Positions 1-5,000 of a stretch of 5,000 nt of DNA are shown piece after piece. The stretch is from NCBI RefSeq assembly GCF_000150275.1, contig NW_002061125.1, forward strand, positions 4,989 to 9,988, read 5' to 3'. A program made the translations under genes and the position numbers. Under the pieces are notes generated by a model, which saw nothing but the letters and a program-made list of their open reading frames with translations, was not told the origin of the DNA and made no database searches. The stretch comes from Trichoplax adhaerens. Lineage: Eukaryota > Animalia > Placozoa. How positions within the stretch are numbered: the stretch's first letter is position 1; the number at the start of each line of letters is the position of its first letter.

Positions 1-5
1 TATAG

Positions 6-380
6 GATAATGGAGTAATTTTGGATATTAATGAAATCAATAGCGATGACTTGTATTTTGGTATTATGAATGCCACTACTGATCAATGGATACTTGGAAA
101 TGCATCTACAGTCTCAAAATTAATTAAAAATCGTCTTAATGGAAGAACACCGGTCGAAGAAGCTGCTGATTGGATTAAATTTGCCTTGAATAGTAAAGGG
201 GGACACTATTTGCGATCGGAAGAATATAACTTGCCATGGTATCAATTTTACTTATTCGATATTTTTGCAATTTTATGTATGATGATAATTGTCACGATTA
301 TAATTCTTAAGTTAATCTGGAGAGGAATAGTCTTCGTCTTTCGTAGGTCTGCTACATTCTCCAAAGCTAAGCAGTCTTAG
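6..380 (+). CDS. Terminal coding exon of a membrane-bound UDP-glucuronosyl/UDP-glycosyltransferase (GT1/UDPGT family), 5'-partial
   Basis: The translation DNGVILDINEINSDDLYFGIMNATTDQWILGNASTVSKLIKNRLNGRTPVEEAADWIKFALNSKGGHYLRSEEYNLPWYQFYLFDIFAIL... matches the animal UGT C-terminal pattern (G-x-x-L-D...L...NA..S......P...A..W......G..L....L.WYQ...D). A hydrophobic TM segment (IFAILCMMIIVTIIILKLIW) and the ending KAKQS-stop (KxKxx) follow. The in-frame TAG at 3-5 doubles as a likely splice acceptor (tatag|G), so the exon probably starts at 6 and not at the TTG at 21. Subfamily cannot be assigned. Confidence 0.9.
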   Translation, partial: DNGVILDINEINSDDLYFGIMNATTDQWILGNASTVSKLIKNRLNGRTPVEEAADWIKFALNSKGGHYLRSEEYNLPWYQFYLFDIFAILCMMIIVTIIILKLIWRGIVFVFRRSATFSKAKQS

Positions 381-1833
381 TGTCAATATTATGATTTAAG
401 TGAAAAGATAAAATTTGATTCTCTTCTTTAAAGTCATCACACACCAGTAAGCAATATATTATAAATGGTTATTTATATTTAAAAATAGTCCAGATCTAAA
501 ACGATCTATATTGGAAAGAAAATTATTATATGGTGACACTATTCTGTTAGTCACCAGAAGTAAATGCAATGATATAGGGTAGCCTCCTTATTTTTGTAGT
601 ACTGAGAAATATTGAAATGAGATTGTTCCTACTGAAGCCTTGCCTTTACACTACTACTACTGTAGTGTAATTTATAAAACTGCATGTTATATATACACCA
701 ATTAATTATTTGCAGTGGTGTTGCTGTCCGATTTTAATATCAATTTTTATTCTAAATGAGCTTTATTTAACACAATGCTGATTGCCTTTCGAGGTTATGT
801 TCTTCTTAAGATGTTTGATTGATTTTGTTCCTTTTTGATATGTATATTAACTGTTAATAGTCATAGTAGCTAGAATGTCAGCATACACGGATTGAGTTAC
901 AATCTAACGATAGGGGTACGCTAGGATACTTATATTATTGTGCTCAGCTAACTATTCGTTGTTGTTTGTCGTAAGCACCAATTCGTAATCTGGGCAAAGC
1001 TTAATATTTGAATATAGCTGTACGTTGCCTGACTGTTATGAGACTGCACTATAATTATGCAAATAAGAAGGGCAGTAATGATCGCAATAGTAAAATAAGT
1101 ATAAATAGGTGAGATTGAAATAAAATCAGAGATGAACACCTTCAAAATAGGAAGCGTGTAGAGTGTTTTAGTGTTGTCGCAACAAGTGGCAGCTAGTTCT
1201 ATTCATGATAGTTATTTTAAATTATTTTTAATTCAGTTACATTAACGCTATCACACTCTGTAACTAAGCATTATTTATATGGGTGCACTGTATTAGTGTA
1301 GCATATGCATAGGACTGTACCACAAATTATAGCTCTGTTTGTTTGAATTGTAGTATTGCTTGATATTAAGTGTTCAATGCAGCGATGTTGCTTTTGATTT
1401 ATCAAGAAATTAACAAATAACAGCTATGACCAAAGGCAACAAAAGTAAATCCGTCCATCACAGAATAGAGTATTATGACTTTTTAAAACATGCATTGAAA
1501 ACTCCCATGCAAAAAGTAAATTACCAATGATCATAAGTATTATTAACAAATGAACTTTCTAAGAATAAAATCACAAACATCACAAGCTTGAACATCAAGA
1601 AGTCAATGCGGCAGTGTATATTAAAGTGTTACACTTTCTCATCAAACTCTGTTTAGAAATCATCAAGCACTAACAAGCTGGACGTTATGATTCATAAAGT
1701 TGATGCAGTTGTTCATATACGTGTAGTCTATAGAGTAACTCACGTAGCAGTAAAGAATATGAACTTTAACGGATTTTATTGAACCCACACCGATCAAACC
1801 AACCATTGAGTTATAAAAATATTATTTGCCATA

Positions 1834-2224
1834 CTTGGCGTACAGTTTTGTCTATCCGTTTGATTTCATGCTATAGAATTTTATTTACCTACTCATGGCG
1901 AAACTCAATCAACTGATTCAAAATTCTTTAGCTTTATATCTTAGCGTGACAATTATACGAGTAAACTATAATTATGCAAGCAATACTATGTCAGTAGGGA
2001 TACTAATGATGATATAAAAATTCAAGCAAATCACTCTATTAGATCTTGGTGTACAGTCTTGTTTATCCGTTTGATTTGATACTATACAATTTTATTTGCA
2101 TAGTAATGACGAAAATTCAATTAACCAATTAAAATTCTTCACTTTTATATGAGCGTGGCAACCTATAAATTAATTATTCAAGCAGTACCAGGTCAATAGG
2201 TACCGTATATTAATGATGATATAA
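1834..2224. repeat. Diverged two-copy tandem duplication (~1834-2017 and ~2045-2224, period ~211 bp)
   Basis: Manual alignment: cttggcgtacagttttgtctatccgtttgatttcatgctatagaattttattt vs cttggtgtacagtcttgtttatccgtttgatttgatactatacaattttattt gives 6 mismatches in 53 nt. Similarity continues with small indels (aaaattctt, agcgtg, taattat.caagca.tac) and both copies end in taatgatgatataa. Confidence 0.92.
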
Positions 2225-3678
2225 CGGACGAGAAGATACAGCGAATTTTCGCGTTTCACTCTTTCAAACTCATCCGCCTTTAAGACAAAGATTCTTGCCT
2301 TGATATTCTTTTTTTGTATTCCATTTCACAATTTTCTCGCTAGTTTAAACATCAAGAACTATAATACAAATCTCTGAATTAGGTCGATTGATTGGCCTGT
2401 TAAGAATCAACAGGTACTTCTATACAATATTACCCAGGAAAATAACTTTTTATGGTAGTAGTGATGCACCCCATATTTAATTATAAGGATAGCTATATTT
2501 AATATAGTTAGGTTACTAAGAATAGATATTATCGTGAAGCTAATATTAGATGATTGATAACTACTATGTTAGAAATTGTTGATGACTAATTATGGTACAA
2601 GATTTACGTGACTAGAAACGCTGTAATTGTGAAGATGGCCAACACCGAAAGGTGCTGGACATTGATAGAAGAGTAGTGATATCTTGAGTAGGGTAGAATG
2701 ATTTAGATTGTAGAAGATAGTAATGTTCTATATGAGAAAATGTATTCTGTTTGATGCTCAAGTCTGATTGCAGATGAATTAAGTCGTCATTAATGGATTA
2801 AGCGAATTCTATTTAAGAACTGCAGTGATGAGCTCAGAAAGAGAAGAGACTTTACTTCGCTTTGAGCTGGGAATACCTTAGATTTTAGAGTAGATTCTTG
2901 TAGTAATCAATTATCGCTCTACTATTCCTAAAACCTTTGTAATAAAAGCCTTTTGGAAAATACCATTTAACTAAGACAGTTATTTTGAGACACTATTATT
3001 ACAGCGTGCATACTGATCGATGATTGTCCATACTTCCGTCATTTTTTATATACTCTGTCAGTCTATGTTAGACTTTTATAAGATAGCCATCCATCCATTA
3101 ATTATTCATACCCTTCTTGTCATAAACTGAATTTTGGAGCTAATTGTAATGTCATTGCATTGAATCTGTGAAAGCCTTCAGTTTTTGTACCATATATTTT
3201 GTGATAGAGTAAATCTTGTCTGATTTTAGCAGTGCCAATAAATGTTATTAAAACTTTACGCTCCAAAACGATTGTTTAACCTTAACGTAACTGCAGTGTG
3301 TTTAGTTTCACTGTAGTTCTTAGACATGTTCGTAAATATATATATGTTCGTTAATTCATATCCGGTAAATAAGCTGCTCCCATTTTATCTTTAATTTGAT
3401 CTTGGATATTTCCACATAACATTAGTGATTCATTAGTTCATCTTTTGACCTGATCTTTACCTATTTGATAGTTTTTACAAAATCAAGCATACAAACGAAG
3501 CCAAAAATCTGAACTTTGATCTCATTGCAAACTAGCATCGTCTTAGCTAGGATTAAACCTTTTTTGCCTTTACCTGTTCTTTTGCAGCGCTGTACTGTAT
3601 TTTAAAGTAATATTGATCTAATGTCACATTTCTTCTCAAATAATTTTCCAAGCAGAGTTGACAAAAGTATTTCATACA

Positions 3679-3991
3679 ATGGTTTTGAGCAAATACATCA
3701 CCGATATCATCGATAAGGAATATCCGCAGATCTTGAGTGATGTCCCTTTAGTGGATATTGTATTCGATTTACGAAGTATAGGGTTAATATCTGATGACGA
3801 AGTTGACAAACTTAAAGATGGTTGCCAGAGTAATAAAGAAAGAATCTTTCATTTTATTAAAATACTAAAATCAAGAAGCGATGACAACTATTTTCAGTTT
3901 TGCTGCATACTAAAGGATAGCCAAGTTACACATATTCAAGATCTTGGTAGAAAATTAGAGATAGAAGCTAACGCCTCGAGGAACGAACGCG
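3679..3991 (+). CDS. First recognisable coding exon of a CARD (death-fold) domain protein
   Basis: MVLSKYITDIIDKEYPQILSDVPLVDIVFDLRSIGLISDDEVDKLKDGCQSNKERIFHFIKILKSRSDDNYFQFCCILKDSQVTHIQDLGRKLE shows the six-helix CARD pattern (IL.D.....I...L...GLIS.DE...L.....N.ER...FI.IL.SR....Y..F...L......DL...LE). ATG is at 3679. Candidate acceptors lie just upstream (ttttccaagcag, 3644-3655) with a CTAAT branch-like site at 3618-3622. The donor G|gtaaca after 3991 is phase 1. A short N-terminal extension from an upstream exon cannot be excluded. Confidence 0.82.
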
Positions 3992-4029
3992 GTAACAAAA
4001 ACTTGTTTTTAACAAATATTGTTGATTAA

Positions 4030-4084
4030 TGTATAATTCTTGTTGTTTATGGTATTACAAAATAAAGTTTGTAATATATTTTTT
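4030..4084 (+). promoter_or_regulatory. Candidate intronic polyadenylation signal downstream of the CARD read-through stop
   Basis: In-frame TAA at 4027-4029, TGTA at 4030-4033, AATAAA at 4061-4066 and a T-run at 4079-4084. Such motifs are frequent by chance in AT-rich DNA. Confidence 0.3.
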
Positions 4085-4197
4085 CACCGTCATTAATTGT
4101 TGGCGATGAGAATATTACAGAATGTTCTCCTTATTCGCATTAAATGAAAGATCAATAATCCTAGTTATAAAATATTATTAAACTGTCACCAGTTCAG

Positions 4198-4254
4198 AAA
4201 GTATAGCTAGCCAAAGCCAAGCAATCGACAGCCAATATATAAATTTACAAAAGC
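4198..4254 (+). other. Cryptic or degenerate micro-exon copy (54-nt unit homologue) inside the intron after the CARD exon
   Basis: Acceptor ttcag| at 4193-4197. The phase-1 reading (E)SIASQSQAIDSQYINLQK is open and aligns without gaps to the exons at 4362 (30/54 nt) and 4505 (29/54 nt). There is no GT at the 54-nt boundary, only a weak C|gttata donor giving 57 nt. Confidence 0.45.
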
Positions 4255-4361
4255 GTTATAATAAGCTTTCGCTAAAGCATTCCAAAAATGTTGCGTACTC
4301 TATTATAATGTCAAGAATGCTGTTAATTGATTATTACTAATTATTTATTTTACCAATTTAG

Positions 4362-4415
4362 ATAATTTAACAAGTCGAAATCAAGCAACTAGTAGTCGAA
4401 CTAAAGCTTCTAAAA
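4362..4415 (+). CDS. 54-nt phase 1-1 micro-exon of the CARD gene (DNLTSRNQATSSRTKASK)
   Basis: Branch-like tactaat (4335-4341), T-rich tract, tttag| acceptor and A|gtaata donor. Length is divisible by 3 and the exon is open in the frame set by the CARD exon. Confidence 0.75.
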
Positions 4416-4504
4416 GTAATATTTAAAGCATCATTAGACTATTCTCAAAGATCCTCTTTTAAATAAAAGTATTTTAATATATATCCTACTTTATGTCAAT
4501 CTAG

Positions 4505-4558
4505 AAAGAGCTGCAAGTTCCACTCATACAACAGATAGCCAAGTTCGACAAGTGAAAA
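4505..4558 (+). CDS. 54-nt phase 1-1 micro-exon of the CARD gene (KRAASSTHTTDSQVRQVK)
   Basis: Acceptor atctag| and donor A|gtaaca, after an 89-nt intron. Same length and phase as the previous exon, open in frame, and less AT-rich than its flanks. Confidence 0.75.
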
Positions 4559-4822
4559 GTAACAATATAAGCGTCATAAAAATACTCTGGCAGATGTTAT
4601 TTACATGATGATATTTTTTCTAAATGTATTTTATTTATATTCATTAATAGTAACTGTTGCAGTTATCAAGTATATTTAATTCTTAATTTATCAATCTATT
4701 ATGCAATTTGCTATAACTACTGTATATTAGCGTCCCGTTGCTCGAATTTAAAACAGTTTGACGTTAATTGTATCGCATATAATAATCACATGTATTAAAT
4801 TTCTGATTACTTTTAAAACTAG

Positions 4823-4915
4823 AAAATCGGATATCATCTTCATCTTCTAACAAACAAGTAAAATCGACGTTACCTGACGATATCACACCAAAGCAGATAG
4901 AGCCTGTCAATACAG
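4823..4915 (+). CDS. 93-nt phase 1-1 exon of the CARD gene (KNRISSSSSNKQVKSTLPDDITPKQIEPVNT)
   Basis: Branch-like ctgat (4803-4807), aactag| acceptor and CAG|gtatac donor. 31 codons, open in the running frame. Confidence 0.75.
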
Positions 4916-4984
4916 GTATACAAAATATACATATTCAGTGAAAGAGTAGGACGTATATAAATTACTTAGTCTTACATTTCTAAG

Positions 4985-5000
4985 ATATGCTGTTGTCTTC
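4985..5000 (+). CDS. Possible start of the next exon of the CARD gene (DMLLS..., truncated by the window)
   Basis: catttctaag| acceptor after a 69-nt GT-AG intron, open in phase 1. Only 16 nt are visible. Confidence 0.35.

Noticed and set aside
21-23. TTG 'start' of the UGT ORF (and the TTG at 3658 for the CARD ORF)
   Set aside because: These are spliced eukaryotic genes. The UGT frame extends upstream to the acceptor at 4-5, and the CARD has an ATG at 3679.
948-1145. 65-aa minus-strand ORF from the ORF track
   Set aside because: It has a TTG start, Ile/Phe/Thr-rich composition expected from AT-rich non-coding DNA, no recognisable motif and no convincing splice context.
2170-2325. Minus-strand open stretch NGIQKKNIKARIFVLKADEFERVKRENSLYLLVRY...
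   Set aside because: It is only ~51 codons, has no ATG or recognisable domain, and runs into the non-coding tandem repeat. A pseudogene fragment cannot be supported without a homology search.
2579-2662. Hammerhead-ribozyme-like (TGATGA...GAAAC) or SECIS-like reading
   Set aside because: It lacks the CUGANGA core C and a proper stem II/III. The hairpin has AUGG rather than the AUGA/GA quartet, and its stem is too short for a SECIS.
3289-3318. Imperfect inverted repeat aactgcagtg / cactgtagtt
   Set aside because: It is 10 bp with one G-T pair and has no TSD or other element features, so it is compatible with chance.
3322-3349. Perfect p53 half-site AGACATGTTC upstream of the CARD gene
   Set aside because: The second half-site (atatatgttc) lacks the core C, and a single half-site is expected about once per few kb by chance.
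4121-4143. Acceptor-like ttacag| at 4115-4120 in the intron after the CARD exon
   Set aside because: The phase-1 reading hits TAA after seven codons and there is no suitable donor.
4731-4769. Possible extra 39-nt phase 1-1 exon (ttag|CG...AATT|gtatcg)
   Set aside because: The donor is weak, it would leave only a 53-nt intron, and it has no similarity to the other units.
1-5000. Prokaryotic systems (CRISPR array, operon, CARD-like anti-phage defence locus)
   Set aside because: There is no repeat-spacer array, coding density is low, and the GT-AG introns and ER-type UGT indicate a eukaryotic nuclear locus.

Overview
AT-rich eukaryotic genomic DNA with short GT-AG introns. The compact structure and composition resemble an early-branching animal such as a placozoan, but this is inference only. 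The window has three parts. (1) The last coding exon of a membrane-anchored UDP-glycosyltransferase (UGT; ~6-380, +), ending in a transmembrane helix and a KxKxx ER-retrieval signal. (2) About 3.2 kb of intergenic/5' sequence with a diverged ~180-bp tandem duplication and a few hairpins. (3) The 5' part of a spliced + strand gene: an N-terminal CARD (death-fold) exon (ATG 3679, donor after 3991), then symmetric phase 1-1 micro-exons (54, 54 and 93 nt) encoding a Ser/Thr/Gln/Lys-rich linker, continuing past the window end. The micro-exons look like copies of one 54-nt unit, and a third copy without a normal donor lies in the intron after the CARD exon. That intron also has an in-frame stop and a UGUA/AATAAA signal that could yield a CARD-only isoform. 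The TTG starts in the ORF track are not credible starts in this eukaryotic context.
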